A DNA stretch of 64,000 bases from Candidatus Woesearchaeota archaeon (GCA_047602755.1 JBLKOM010000006.1:77561-141560), one strand, 5' to 3'; shown: positions 21,157-31,948, counted from the first letter of the stretch. Notes: generated by a model from the sequence alone, not told the origin. Translations and numbers: made by a program.

Positions 21157-21993
21157 ATGAGCGAAGAAAGTTCAGATTGTGATGAAAACAATACTGAGAG
21201 TAATGAAGAAGAAAGCCAAATAGAAAATGGTGAAGAAGATATTGCTTGCTTTGATATTTCTGACTTAGTAAAAGAAGTAACATCCGAAAATAGGCATTAC
21301 AGTAATGGAGAAAGGAATAATAGATATAAAAGTAAATCAAGAAAAAGTGAATATGCTAAAATGTCTGTTTATCATCCTGTTGATGAAGAAATAGATGAGA
21401 GTGATCTTGAAAAACATATCAATGATAAAAGTGAACATAAATCAAGAAAAACAAAAGCAGAACAAGATCCAAAAAAATCTGCTGCTTTATTAAAATATGT
21501 AAAAAAAGCAGTAAAAGAATTTTATGAAGAAGATTATTCTGATTTAGATAATTATATAAGAAGAAAGGGTAGAACACCAAGAAAAGCAGATTATGTAGGG
21601 ATTTCTGATGAAGAACCAGATGCAATAGCATATACATTTGGAAAAGATGATATTGCATTTGACATCGATTTCTTAGAGAAAATAGAAGAATTAGCAAAAT
21701 TTGCAGGAATTGATAGTGAAGAAGGAATAAAAGCAACTACAAAATATATTATAGCACATGAATTATATCATAATGCACAACCTACAAGAATAATGAGGCA
21801 AAAACATGTTAATGAATTAGATGTTGAACTTGCACTTATGGAATTATATACTGAAAAAGCATTAAGAAGTAGCGGTGAAGAAAAAGAAATAAATGCCAAA
21901 TTAACTCATTTGTCATACATAAGATATTTACAAAATTATTCAATGTTATTAAATGACAAAGGAATTGTTAATCTTGCTAGTTACAGAAATTAA
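21157..21993 (+). CDS. Putative zincin metalloprotease (HExxH) with an acidic N-terminus
   Basis: YIIAHELYHNAQ followed by a downstream NE; DAIAYT beta-strand motif. Confidence 0.6.
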   Translation: MSEESSDCDENNTESNEEESQIENGEEDIACFDISDLVKEVTSENRHYSNGERNNRYKSKSRKSEYAKMSVYHPVDEEIDESDLEKHINDKSEHKSRKTKAEQDPKKSAALLKYVKKAVKEFYEEDYSDLDNYIRRKGRTPRKADYVGISDEEPDAIAYTFGKDDIAFDIDFLEKIEELAKFAGIDSEEGIKATTKYIIAHELYHNAQPTRIMRQKHVNELDVELALMELYTEKALRSSGEEKEINAKLTHLSYIRYLQNYSMLLNDKGIVNLASYRN

Positions 21994-22134
21994 TAACTAA
22001 TAAAAACTTGATTAATATCAAAAACAATAAACTAGATACTTATTAATATGAAAATTTAATTAAATTCTAAAAAATAGCTTTTATCAGCTCAAATCACGAA
22101 AACTTTAAAAATAGCATAAGTGATAGCGTCGTAG

Positions 22135-23343
22135 ATGGTATTATATGGAGTAATAATGGCAGGCGGTTCAGGAACAAGGTTTTGGCCTTATTCAAGAACA
22201 AACAAGCCTAAACAATTACTGAAACTTTTCTCAGATAAAAGTATGATGCAAGAGACTGTTGAAAGATTAAAACCATTAATCTTAGAAGAAAATATATTTA
22301 TTTCTACAAATCAACAATTAGGTAACCTTATCAAGAAAGAAATATCTAACGTAGATTATATTATTGAACCAATGCAAAGAGATACTGCTGCATGTATTGG
22401 CTTAAGTGCAATTACTATATATGATAAAGACCCTGATGGAATTATGTTCATTGAGACTGCTGATCATCAATATAAGGATATTGAATCTTATCATGATACT
22501 ATTAGAAAAGCTGCAATTGCTGCAATAAAAAATAAGATAGTATTAATTGGGATAAAACCTACATTTCCTCATACTGGTTTAGGATATATACAAAAAGGAG
22601 AGGAATTTGATGATGGTATTCCTTCTACATATATTATACAAGAGTTTAAAGAAAAACCAGAATTAAAAATTGCAACAAAGTTTGTTGAATCAGGACAATA
22701 CTTATGGAATTCAGGTATGTTTATTGCAAAATGTAGTGTGATGCTTGATGAAATCCAAAAACATATGCCTCATTTATATCAAGGATTACTTAGAATAAAA
22801 CAAAGTGGTTTTGATGATAGTATAATTAAAGAAGTTTTTGAGAATCTAGAAAAAATTTCTATTGATTATGGAATCATGGAAAAGTCAAGTAACACAATTG
22901 TTATTGAGAGTAATACACCATGGGATGATATTGGTGACTTTAAATCTTTAGAAAGATGGTTTCCAAAAGATGATAAAAAAAATGTAAAAATAGGTGAAGG
23001 TGAAGGAGATTCAACTAATTGTATAATTCTAACACAACGAAGAAAAATTATTGCAAATAATGTTAGTAATTTAATCATTGCTGATACAGAAGATTCAACA
23101 TTAATATGCAACAAAACTGATTTAAAAAATATTAAAAAAGTTATACAAAAAATAAAAGATGTAGGACTACAAGAATATTTAGATGATTATGTTAAAAATT
23201 ATTCTAAGAATATTATATCTCATGAGAGTGATGATTGTGACGTTGAAACAGATGGAATGATGGTATTATTAGGAGTACAAAATTTAGATATAAAAAGGGA
23301 TAAAGATAAATTGATTGTAGAAGGAGTAGAAGACCATGTCTGA
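22135..23343 (+). CDS. manC: Mannose-1-phosphate guanylyltransferase
   Basis: MAGGSGTRFWP.SR...PKQ, EP..RDTA, FKEKP, WNSGMF, ISIDYGIMEK, WDDIG. Confidence 0.95.
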   Translation: MVLYGVIMAGGSGTRFWPYSRTNKPKQLLKLFSDKSMMQETVERLKPLILEENIFISTNQQLGNLIKKEISNVDYIIEPMQRDTAACIGLSAITIYDKDPDGIMFIETADHQYKDIESYHDTIRKAAIAAIKNKIVLIGIKPTFPHTGLGYIQKGEEFDDGIPSTYIIQEFKEKPELKIATKFVESGQYLWNSGMFIAKCSVMLDEIQKHMPHLYQGLLRIKQSGFDDSIIKEVFENLEKISIDYGIMEKSSNTIVIESNTPWDDIGDFKSLERWFPKDDKKNVKIGEGEGDSTNCIILTQRRKIIANNVSNLIIADTEDSTLICNKTDLKNIKKVIQKIKDVGLQEYLDDYVKNYSKNIISHESDDCDVETDGMMVLLGVQNLDIKRDKDKLIVEGVEDHV

Positions 23344-24676
23344 AATATTTAAAGCGTATGATATAAGGGGAATTTATCCTAGTCAATTAAATGAAGATAC
23401 TGTTTACAAAATAGGTAAAGCATATGCCGATATGATTGGAAAAGGAAAAAAGTTAGTTGTAGGAATGGATATGAGATTATCATCACCTGTATTAAAAGAA
23501 GCAATAATTAAAGGAATTACTGAACAAGGAGTAGATGTTATTGATATTGATCTTGCAAGTACTCCTACTTTTTATTTTGCAGTATCAAAATTACAAGCTG
23601 ATGGTGGTATGCAAATCTCAGCATCACATAACCCTAAAGAGTATAATGGTGTTAAGATTGTAGGAAAAAATAGTTATCCAGTTAGCTATGATACAGGAAT
23701 AAATAAGATAAAAGAAAAAGTTGAGAATAATGACTTTTTAGAGGTTAATGGTGAAGGACAAGTTGAAACCTACAATGATATACTATATGAAGAATTAGAA
23801 TTTTCATTAAAACAAGCTGATATTAATAAAATTAAAAATTTAAGGGTTGTTGCTGATACTGCTAATTCAATGGGAGCACCAGATTTATCAGCTTTGTTTG
23901 ATAAATTATCTTGTGAATTAATAAAAATGAATTTTGAATTAGATGGAACTTTTCCTGCACATCAAGCAGATCCTTATCAAGAAAAAAATATAGTTGATTT
24001 AAAGAAAAAAGTTTTAGAAGAAAAAGCAGATCTAGGGATTGCTACAGATGGAGATGGTGATAGAATATTTTTTATTGATAATGAAGGAGAATTAGTTGAT
24101 CCTGCAATAATACGTGGGATTCTAGCAAAAATATATCTAAAAGAAAATCCTGGAGCGACAATATGTTATGATATCAGACCAGGGAAAATAACATATGATA
24201 TGATTATTGAGAATGGTGGAAAACCATCTATGACAAAAGTTGGTCATTCATTAATTAAAGCACAAGGAATTGAAGAAGGAGCTGTTTTTGCTGGTGAAAG
24301 TTCTGGACATTTTTTTATAAAAACAGAATATGGATTTTATGAAATGCCTATGATTGTAACATTAAAAATTTTAATAGAACTAAGCGAATCAGGAAAAACA
24401 TTTTCTGAGTATATTAAACCATTAAAAAGATATTATCACTCAGGTGAGATTAATAGTGAAGTTGAAGACAAAGAAGCAAAAATGAATGAATTAATAGAAA
24501 AATATAAAGATGGAAAATTATCAAAATTAGATGGAATTAGTATTGAATATGATGACTGGTGGTTTAATGTTAGAGCAAGTAATACAGAACCTAAATTAAG
24601 ATTAAATCTTGAAGCAGTGAATGAAAAAATAATGAAACAAAAAAGAGATGAAGTTATTTCTATCATCCGTTCTTAA
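23336..24676 (+). CDS. manB: Phosphomannomutase/phosphoglucomutase
   Basis: FKAYDIRG, SASHNP, DGDGDR, GESSGH, RASNTEP. Confidence 0.95.
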   Translation: MSEIFKAYDIRGIYPSQLNEDTVYKIGKAYADMIGKGKKLVVGMDMRLSSPVLKEAIIKGITEQGVDVIDIDLASTPTFYFAVSKLQADGGMQISASHNPKEYNGVKIVGKNSYPVSYDTGINKIKEKVENNDFLEVNGEGQVETYNDILYEELEFSLKQADINKIKNLRVVADTANSMGAPDLSALFDKLSCELIKMNFELDGTFPAHQADPYQEKNIVDLKKKVLEEKADLGIATDGDGDRIFFIDNEGELVDPAIIRGILAKIYLKENPGATICYDIRPGKITYDMIIENGGKPSMTKVGHSLIKAQGIEEGAVFAGESSGHFFIKTEYGFYEMPMIVTLKILIELSESGKTFSEYIKPLKRYYHSGEINSEVEDKEAKMNELIEKYKDGKLSKLDGISIEYDDWWFNVRASNTEPKLRLNLEAVNEKIMKQKRDEVISIIRS

Positions 24677-24677
24677 T

Positions 24678-25259
24678 TTAAATTACTCCTTTATTGCTTA
24701 AGATTATTTTTGAATTATTTTTTTTGCAAGCTTGTTTTAATGCTTTACCTAAGCCTTTAAACAATGATTCAATTTTATGGTGGTCACTTCTTCCAAATGG
24801 AATTCGAGTAACAATATTTGCTTTTAATCCAATGGAAAGTCCATACAAAAAGTCTTCTAAATTATCAGTATCAAAATTACCACAATACCTTCTTTTAAAA
24901 CTGCAATCATACTGTAAATATGGACGACCGCCTAAATCTATAGCAACAATAGATAATGCATCATCCATTGGATAGACAAAAAAGCCTGCTCTTTCTATAC
25001 CTATTTTATTTTTTAATGAATTAGATATTGCGTTTCCTAATACAATACCAACATCTTCAACTAAATGATGTTGATCTACACGTAAATCACCATTTGCTTT
25101 AATGATTAAGTCAATAGATGCAAATCTAGCAAAAGTTTCAAGCATATGATTAAAGAAAAAAATAGGAGAACTAATATTTGATTCTCCATTTCCATCTAAA
25201 TTGATTGTAACTTCAATTTCTGTTTCTTTAGTTTTACGAAATACTTTTGCTTTTCTCAT
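24678..25259 (-). CDS. hisB: Imidazoleglycerol-phosphate dehydratase
   Basis: RKTKET.I, GDL.VDQHHLVED.GI, PMDD, HHKIE..FKG; ATG at 25259 overlaps the upstream stop (ATGA). Confidence 0.93.
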   Translation of the reverse strand: MRKAKVFRKTKETEIEVTINLDGNGESNISSPIFFFNHMLETFARFASIDLIIKANGDLRVDQHHLVEDVGIVLGNAISNSLKNKIGIERAGFFVYPMDDALSIVAIDLGGRPYLQYDCSFKRRYCGNFDTDNLEDFLYGLSIGLKANIVTRIPFGRSDHHKIESLFKGLGKALKQACKKNNSKIILSNKGVI

Positions 25260-26227
25260 TTCCAACGTTTCATCAAATTTGCTTCTATTTCTGGCCAACG
25301 TATTCCACTATAAGCAAGCCCAGACATAAGTGAATATATAACATCTAATGATTCATTAACTAAAGCTTGTGGCATAATATTTCCTCTTACAAGTTCTTGA
25401 ACCCATTCTGCAGATTCACTTCCAAACTTTTTTACAATCTCATTTAAATCACTCAAAAGTTTAGATGTATAACTATTGGTTGGATTATCCCTACGTGATT
25501 CAATACGACTATATTCATATTGCCATGGATTTGATGGAGAAGATTTCCCAATTAAAACAATATCACTAAATCTAAATTTTCTTACTTCTTTTAATGAATT
25601 TTGTTTCATTGTTGAACCACCATATAAAATTTCAACACAACAATCATTTGTTCCATTGCTTACTGTAAATTCAGTATCACCGGCATAAGTTGTAATGCTA
25701 AAATTCTTTCCTTCCAATAGTGGATCTGTTTTAAGATATCTTTCAGATATTGTCATATACTTGACATTCAAAGCTACTTTTGCATCTTTTGGGATATCAC
25801 TAGCATTACCTGTTGAATTCATTAAACAAAGCATTGGACGAAGATACATTGCGTTAGGATCAAACCAATCATAGGTGTTAAGTACAGTAAGTTCTGGCTT
25901 TAAATCCATAAATGTACTCTTTGTCATAAATTCATCAAAAAGGTCGTCGCCAGTCATACCATATGCAAGATTACCTTTATTATTTTCATCTAGAACACGT
26001 TGAGGAATATCTTCTCCACGTGCTAAGATTATTTCAAGATCATCTTGATTAACTGAGATTACACCTTTTTGCAGTGTATCCACAAATTCAGGCCTAATAC
26101 CAGCATCAGGAAGAATACTTCGTACATATTCATTTAATCCTGAATTTTTTGGTATAAATAATGTTTTTTTTCCTTCATCCATAAACTGAAATATATTTTC
26201 TCTATACATTAAACTTTCTTGTTGCAT
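25256..26227 (-). CDS. hisG-hisE: Fusion of ATP phosphoribosyltransferase (HisG catalytic core) and phosphoribosyl-ATP pyrophosphatase (HisE)
   Basis: RGEDIP, GMTGDDLFDE, GDTE, GSTMKQN.L; C-terminal IESRR...SYTSKLL...KKFGSESAE...ESLDVIY; GGAGGT SD before the ATG at 26227. Confidence 0.85.
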   Translation of the reverse strand: MQQESLMYRENIFQFMDEGKKTLFIPKNSGLNEYVRSILPDAGIRPEFVDTLQKGVISVNQDDLEIILARGEDIPQRVLDENNKGNLAYGMTGDDLFDEFMTKSTFMDLKPELTVLNTYDWFDPNAMYLRPMLCLMNSTGNASDIPKDAKVALNVKYMTISERYLKTDPLLEGKNFSITTYAGDTEFTVSNGTNDCCVEILYGGSTMKQNSLKEVRKFRFSDIVLIGKSSPSNPWQYEYSRIESRRDNPTNSYTSKLLSDLNEIVKKFGSESAEWVQELVRGNIMPQALVNESLDVIYSLMSGLAYSGIRWPEIEANLMKRWK

Positions 26228-26228
26228 T

Positions 26229-27302
26229 TTATTTACCTCCATAAACTTTTTTTGGGTCTATTAATCTTTGTTGCACTGTTTGAAATTTACCGTTAATCAT
26301 TTTATCAAAAAAACAAGTTTTATATCCTTCGTGACAAGCAAATGGTTTTTCTTGAGTCACTTTAATCAATAAAGTATCATCATAACAATTACGAAATATT
26401 TCAGAGACATATTCAAATTTCCCGGAAGATTCTCCTACTTGTATTTCTCGTTCTTGAGATACACTATATCGCCAAAGTTTTCCAGTATCTAATGATTTTT
26501 GCAAAGTACCACGGTTTTGAGTACACAAGTAAAGAACATCACCATCAACATTTTGAATTATCGCAGGAATTGTTCCTCTACCTTTGACAAAATCTAATTG
26601 ATTTGCATTAACTACTTCATCTATTGATATCTTACCTGTATAAAATGCCATCCCAATTACTGAATTTAATCCTAAATATTCTAGTTGGTAAATATCAGAC
26701 ATTCTAGTAATACCACCTGCTGCTGTAAGTTCTAGTGAGGACATCTCACGTAATTTCTTAAATAAATTCATGTCAGTACCTTGCAACATTCCTTCTTTAT
26801 CAACATATGTACATTGAAGTTCAGAACAAAATTCTTCTAATTCAGGCACTACAAATGAAAGATCTGCATTAAGTGTATTCTGCCAGCCATTAATGGCGAT
26901 ATTTCCTTGCTTTATATCTAAAGCAGAAATTAACTTTTTTCTTCCAATTGCTTGACTAGTTTTTTTTAAAAAAGAATAATTTAAGAAAAAAAACTTATCA
27001 AAACAAGAATTTCCTGCAATCACTTTTTTAGCGCCTAAATCTATTAATTCTTTTGCCTTATCAGCAGTTCTTACTCCTCCACCTACTCTTGCATCAACAA
27101 TCTTTACAAGATCTTTTATGATATCATAATTATTACCATTACCTTTTGCGGCATTCAAATCTATAACATTAATGGTAAGATTATTTTCTGCAAACAGTTC
27201 AGCCATTTCTTGATAAGTCTTTGCTATTTCAATCCCTTTTTCCTTGCCTTGTACAAGTTGAACAACTTCACCATCTTGTAAATCAATACATGGATATATC
27301 AT
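26229..27302 (-). CDS. hisA-hisI: Fusion of ProFAR isomerase (HisA) and phosphoribosyl-AMP cyclohydrolase (HisI)
   Basis: IYPCIDL.DG.VVQL.QG, VIDL, VGGGVR, DKEG.L.G, AGG; C-terminal LDF.K..G.IPAIIQ...GE.SG...C.DD.LL...ACHEG..TCF. Confidence 0.88.
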   Translation of the reverse strand: MIYPCIDLQDGEVVQLVQGKEKGIEIAKTYQEMAELFAENNLTINVIDLNAAKGNGNNYDIIKDLVKIVDARVGGGVRTADKAKELIDLGAKKVIAGNSCFDKFFFLNYSFLKKTSQAIGRKKLISALDIKQGNIAINGWQNTLNADLSFVVPELEEFCSELQCTYVDKEGMLQGTDMNLFKKLREMSSLELTAAGGITRMSDIYQLEYLGLNSVIGMAFYTGKISIDEVVNANQLDFVKGRGTIPAIIQNVDGDVLYLCTQNRGTLQKSLDTGKLWRYSVSQEREIQVGESSGKFEYVSEIFRNCYDDTLLIKVTQEKPFACHEGYKTCFFDKMINGKFQTVQQRLIDPKKVYGGK

Positions 27303-27307
27303 TTTAT

Positions 27308-27910
27308 TTACCTCCGTTTACTGAGATATAACTCAGCTTCACGAAATGCAATATCTACAGCTTGCTTTGCACTATCTGCACCAAATATTATCATTCTTTT
27401 TCTATCGTCAAAGTATTGGTCTGCTAGTTTTTCTGACCATCCGCCCGTATTACGCATTGCAATCATTGGAATATTTGCTTGATATGCAACAGCTAATTCA
27501 GTTAAAGTACCAGATCCACCACTCACAGAGATAACAGCATCACAACCAAGAACAAGTACTGATTCACGAGGTCCACCTCTTTCAGCACCACAAGGAATAA
27601 TTATATCTGCATTTTTTTCATATATATCTTTTCCTTTCCCATATGTGACACCAACAGTCAAGCCACCATATTTTCTTGCACCTCTGCAAGCAGCAGTGGA
27701 TAAACTATCATAATCTTTCTCAGCTCCAAAAAATAATATTCCACCACGTTTTGCAATCTCTTCACCTAGTTCTTCTGCAATTTCTTCTAACTTTTTTGCA
27801 TAATTTAAGTCAGCGGCAGAACCCATTACTCCTATTTGGAATCTGCGTTGTTTTTCATCTGGTAATTTTGTAACTGATTCAATATTTTTTAGTTGATTTT
27901 CATTTTTCAT
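27308..27910 (-). CDS. LOG/SLOG-family (TIGR00725-like) nucleotide-binding protein
   Basis: QIGVMGS, AEELG.EIA..G, GGSGTLTE, TGGW. Confidence 0.85.
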   Translation of the reverse strand: MKNENQLKNIESVTKLPDEKQRRFQIGVMGSAADLNYAKKLEEIAEELGEEIAKRGGILFFGAEKDYDSLSTAACRGARKYGGLTVGVTYGKGKDIYEKNADIIIPCGAERGGPRESVLVLGCDAVISVSGGSGTLTELAVAYQANIPMIAMRNTGGWSEKLADQYFDDRKRMIIFGADSAKQAVDIAFREAELYLSKRR

Positions 27911-27912
27911 TT

Positions 27913-28143
27913 TTAGTACCTCATACCACTAGAATCCAGAACTATATATTCTGGTTCTATCAATGGCAATTTTTTAACACCAAAATCATTGGACAAATCT
28001 TGATTCTTTTCTTGTGCATACTTAATTGCATCTTGAACATCTTGAAATAAATCTTGAATACACACATATGGTTTTTGTTGAGGATAAGAGTCCCACAATA
28101 CAACACCAAATTGTCCTTTTGGTATTTTTTCTTCAATTCCCAT
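27913..28143 (-). CDS. Small hypothetical protein, first gene of the LOG-his operon
   Basis: 76 aa, GGAG SD, 2 nt from the next gene. Confidence 0.65.
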   Translation of the reverse strand: MGIEEKIPKGQFGVVLWDSYPQQKPYVCIQDLFQDVQDAIKYAQEKNQDLSNDFGVKKLPLIEPEYIVLDSSGMRY

Positions 28144-28500
28144 TTTTATTCTCCAGACAGCTATCGCTATCTTTTTGTTTTAGTTTTTTTTAATTTCAAT
28201 TTTTAATTTGAAAAATAAATTTAGTATGCAAAAATATTTTTAAGAATATTTTTTACATTGCTTATCTAGAACAATTATAATTTACGGCGCTACCCATGAA
28301 ATTTAATTAAATAAAATAAATTAGAATAACTGATTAGTTTATTTTGAAAGAATAAATAAGCTAAAAATATTGGCAATTGGAATAATAAATATGATAATAG
28401 TAATAATAATTTGAATTTTTTTGCATTAGAGTTGAAACTAGAAAAATTAATTTTACCGACAGTGAATATAATCAACTCGTTTCATAGTAATAATTAGAAA

Positions 28501-29631
28501 TCATAATGAGTATAAAAACTTTTTGATTTTTTTAATATCATATTCTTTTTTGTAATTCATACTAAGTTTTATTGATTTTTTTCTATCAATAATATTTAAT
28601 CTTGATAAAAATTCTAAAAATTGGGTAACATTTCCAGGTAATTCAACTAACTTTACTCTTTCAAAATCTATTAATACTGGTTTATCTTTTCTAATAATTA
28701 TATGCTTTAATGGTCTTACCATCTCTTTCTTTTCAATCTTTAACTTATCCATAATATACATCTGATCAAGAAGTAAAAGAATTATTTTTTTTATCTTTTT
28801 TTCATTAAATGATTTAATATAATCACCTATTAAAATACCATCAATATATTCCATTACTATCATGTCTTCATCATAGAAATATAACTTTGGGCCTATATTA
28901 TATTTATTTAACTTTTTCAACCAATTTCCTTCATTTATAATTGTGTTAAGTGCTTGACTTTTTGAATTCTTTATTTTTATTACAATATTTTTATTTTTAA
29001 ATTTTGCTTTATAGACAATTCCTCTTTTCCCTTTAGACAAATAATAAGAATTATGAATATTTTTTCTATTTAGTTTTTTTAATAATGAAGATTTAGTTAT
29101 TTTATAACAGTATAATACTTCCATCATAATACTTTTTTTGTCTAATAACTTAAAATCAAGTAAATAATTGGATATAAGTTGGTCAACAACATCTTTTTTT
29201 GTTAAAGAAGAAAACAATAATAATATAAAACCATTTTCAGTAAGATAATAATTGACTTCTGATAAAAATCTTTCAATAATTTCATACCCCTTTTTTCCTC
29301 CAGTTGTATAAAGCTTCATATTCTTAGGATCTTTTGCATCTGGAAGATATGGTGGATTGAATATTATAACATCATATTTTTGTTTTTTAATATTACTAAA
29401 TAAGTCGCTCTGCTTAAATTTAGCACTATTACAGTATTCTGATTTTTTGCAATATTCAATGGCATTTGAATTAATATCGACTCCTAAAACAGATTTTGTT
29501 TTTTTCAATGCTGTTTCACATTGAATTCCTGAACCACATCCAATATCAAGAACTTTATAATTAGGTTTAATTAATTTTTCAACATATTTTGAAAGAAGAT
29601 AACTATCCTCATCAGATTCATATATATCCAT
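28501..29631 (-). CDS. HemK2/PrmC-like methyltransferase fused to a RIO/Bud32-like (COG2112-type) kinase domain
   Basis: Y...EDSYLL, VLDIGCGSG, NPPY; then SKGKRGIVY, VIK, MEYIDG, EMVRPLKH, LIDFE. Confidence 0.85.
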   Translation of the reverse strand: MDIYESDEDSYLLSKYVEKLIKPNYKVLDIGCGSGIQCETALKKTKSVLGVDINSNAIEYCKKSEYCNSAKFKQSDLFSNIKKQKYDVIIFNPPYLPDAKDPKNMKLYTTGGKKGYEIIERFLSEVNYYLTENGFILLLFSSLTKKDVVDQLISNYLLDFKLLDKKSIMMEVLYCYKITKSSLLKKLNRKNIHNSYYLSKGKRGIVYKAKFKNKNIVIKIKNSKSQALNTIINEGNWLKKLNKYNIGPKLYFYDEDMIVMEYIDGILIGDYIKSFNEKKIKKIILLLLDQMYIMDKLKIEKKEMVRPLKHIIIRKDKPVLIDFERVKLVELPGNVTQFLEFLSRLNIIDRKKSIKLSMNYKKEYDIKKIKKFLYSL

Positions 29632-29759
29632 ATAAAATATAGTATTATGATTTTGTATATAATATTTTTGGAATCAAGTAACATTAATTTGATTAAATGT
29701 GATATAAGCATTAGTGATATACAATAAACAATATAAATAATCAATATTACAACAAAAAT

Positions 29760-30512
29760 ATGAAGTATATTGAAAAAACATGGAATTACATAAAGAATAA
29801 TAAGACTAGAACATTTGTCTTAATATTTCTTGAAGTTATTTTTATGATTATAGCACTTAATCTTATACTAACTTATGTTCCACCAATATCAGAAAATATT
29901 GAAGAATATTATGAAATACTACAACTTGCTGGACCTGAGCAAGCAATTGATAGATTAACTGAAAGAACTGATGACATAATAAGACTTGAAAAAGAATTAA
30001 ATAAATTATTTCTTAATTTAATATTATACTTAGTCATAGCATTTAATATATTTTTTTTATTATCTATTACTATTATAATTAAAAGTTTAGATAAAAAACA
30101 GATCTTAAGAATTCTGATTAGCTTAGTATCTACTCAATTAATTATGGTTCTTCTTTTTGATTTAATTGTTGGTATAAAAACAATAACAGTAGATGTATTC
30201 TCACAATCTAGATTATCACTTTTTATATTTATTCTCATTGGATATGTTATGTATTATCTTATTATGATGGCAGTAATACCAAAAGAGCCTATTTATTTTA
30301 TTAAAAAAAGATGGAGTGGCTTTTTTGTAAGGTTTATTGTTGTTAATATACTAGGTATAATGTTATTATTATTTACACAAGTTCCATTATTGATTGATAA
30401 TGCAATAAGTATTATAATAATGATATTATTTCTTGTCATAATATTTATACCTTATCAACCAATATCCAAAATATACCTTGTACAAATATTAAATCAAAAA
30501 ATAAGAAAATAA
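29760..30512 (+). CDS. Multi-pass membrane protein
   Basis: 250 aa, about 6 hydrophobic segments. Confidence 0.7.
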   Translation: MKYIEKTWNYIKNNKTRTFVLIFLEVIFMIIALNLILTYVPPISENIEEYYEILQLAGPEQAIDRLTERTDDIIRLEKELNKLFLNLILYLVIAFNIFFLLSITIIIKSLDKKQILRILISLVSTQLIMVLLFDLIVGIKTITVDVFSQSRLSLFIFILIGYVMYYLIMMAVIPKEPIYFIKKRWSGFFVRFIVVNILGIMLLLFTQVPLLIDNAISIIIMILFLVIIFIPYQPISKIYLVQILNQKIRK

Positions 30513-30520
30513 GTTAATTA

Positions 30521-31312
30521 TTATTTACTATTCTCAAAATAATTTTTAAATATAATTCTAGCAATAGTAAGACATGGTACAACAATAAATATTGCATAGA
30601 TTAAAACAAGCACATAATGTATACTTGCAATTAATTCTGCAATCACTGGATGACTTAGTATTATAATAAATAGCAAACATAAAGAATAAACTGGGAATAA
30701 TTTTGTAAATCTTTTTATTGCTACATTAAAAGATAATTTAAAATTTTTTTTTCTGCTCATTAATGAAGATATAATTAAAAAATACATTATTAATATCATT
30801 ATTATCCATATTAAGTACTGTGCTGGAGGTCTGGAAAAATCAGAACCTGGTGTTGTATAACTTATAAAATAAAAATATATAGATAATAATTCAACGATAG
30901 CCAACATTAATAGCCATGGGATAGAGATAATAAAAAAATTTTTTAGATATTTTGAAAGACCTTCAAAAGAAATATGTTTAATATTATAAGAGATGTAATT
31001 TGTAGTTCCAATTAAGATACTGAATATAAAATATATACTTATAAACATCATTATAACTAATATAAGTACCATCAATAAATATTGAGAGGTTAAAGGATTA
31101 AATATTATTGAGAATAATGTTGGAGCTTGATTAATGCCTTGTCCAGACATAGCAATAATACCAACTGCATCAAGGTATTCTTGAATTTTAAATAAGTAAG
31201 CTGATGATATAAAACCAAATAATAATATAAAAAGAGTGTCAATCATTACTGAATTAAAAAAATTAAGTTTATGTGAAAATGCTATTTTTAACGAATGTTT
31301 TATTTTTTCCAT
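30521..31312 (-). CDS. Multi-pass membrane protein
   Basis: 263 aa, about 6 hydrophobic segments. Confidence 0.7.
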   Translation of the reverse strand: MEKIKHSLKIAFSHKLNFFNSVMIDTLFILLFGFISSAYLFKIQEYLDAVGIIAMSGQGINQAPTLFSIIFNPLTSQYLLMVLILVIMMFISIYFIFSILIGTTNYISYNIKHISFEGLSKYLKNFFIISIPWLLMLAIVELLSIYFYFISYTTPGSDFSRPPAQYLIWIIMILIMYFLIISSLMSRKKNFKLSFNVAIKRFTKLFPVYSLCLLFIIILSHPVIAELIASIHYVLVLIYAIFIVVPCLTIARIIFKNYFENSK

Positions 31313-31315
31313 TAG

Positions 31316-31948
31316 TTATTCTCTTTTTTCTCGTTTTAATAACTCATCATATATCTCAAAAGTATTTACACCTTCAAGTTTTATACCATTCACAAATGTT
31401 GTAGGAGTTCCACGAACACCAATATTTGAAGCATGAATACTATCTATTTGAATACTAGACTGAATAGATTGGTTACCCATACATTGATTAAATCTATTCA
31501 TATCAGTACCAATCATTTCAATATAACCCATTGCATTATCAACTGTAAATTGTGCTGAAAAGAAGAAAGATGCAAGTTCATAACCAAGACCTTGTTCGTT
31601 TGTACATTCAAATGCCATTGCAGAGAAAATATCTTTATCATCTTGGAAATCAACTAAGTGTTTTACTAAAAAATTTACATCAGGATGCGTTACCATAAGA
31701 TTCTTAACAATATGATGATGCTCAAGACTAAAAGGGCAACTAAAACTAATAAAATATACAAAAGTAATATTTGAATCAGGGTTTGAGCCTCTATACGCAT
31801 CATCAAAAACAAGTTTATTGTGTAATGAAGTATCCAATGAATCAATACTTGGATAATCAACAATAAAAAGAATTTCTAAAAAAGAAGCAATAGCAACTAC
31901 TAGAAATAAAATTGCTCCTAAAATTAGTAAATAATTTTTATCTTTCAT
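31316..31948 (-). CDS. Membrane-anchored DsbA/thioredoxin-fold protein with CxxS
   Basis: SFSCPFS, A.EC..EQG, F.QC, GVRGTPT.FVNG. Confidence 0.85.
   Translation of the reverse strand: MKDKNYLLILGAILFLVVAIASFLEILFIVDYPSIDSLDTSLHNKLVFDDAYRGSNPDSNITFVYFISFSCPFSLEHHHIVKNLMVTHPDVNFLVKHLVDFQDDKDIFSAMAFECTNEQGLGYELASFFFSAQFTVDNAMGYIEMIGTDMNRFNQCMGNQSIQSSIQIDSIHASNIGVRGTPTTFVNGIKLEGVNTFEIYDELLKREKRE

Noticed and set aside
28290..28475. 61-aa ORF upstream of the his operon, or a His attenuator peptide
   Set aside because: Low-complexity AT-rich frame with no His-codon run and no terminator/antiterminator pair
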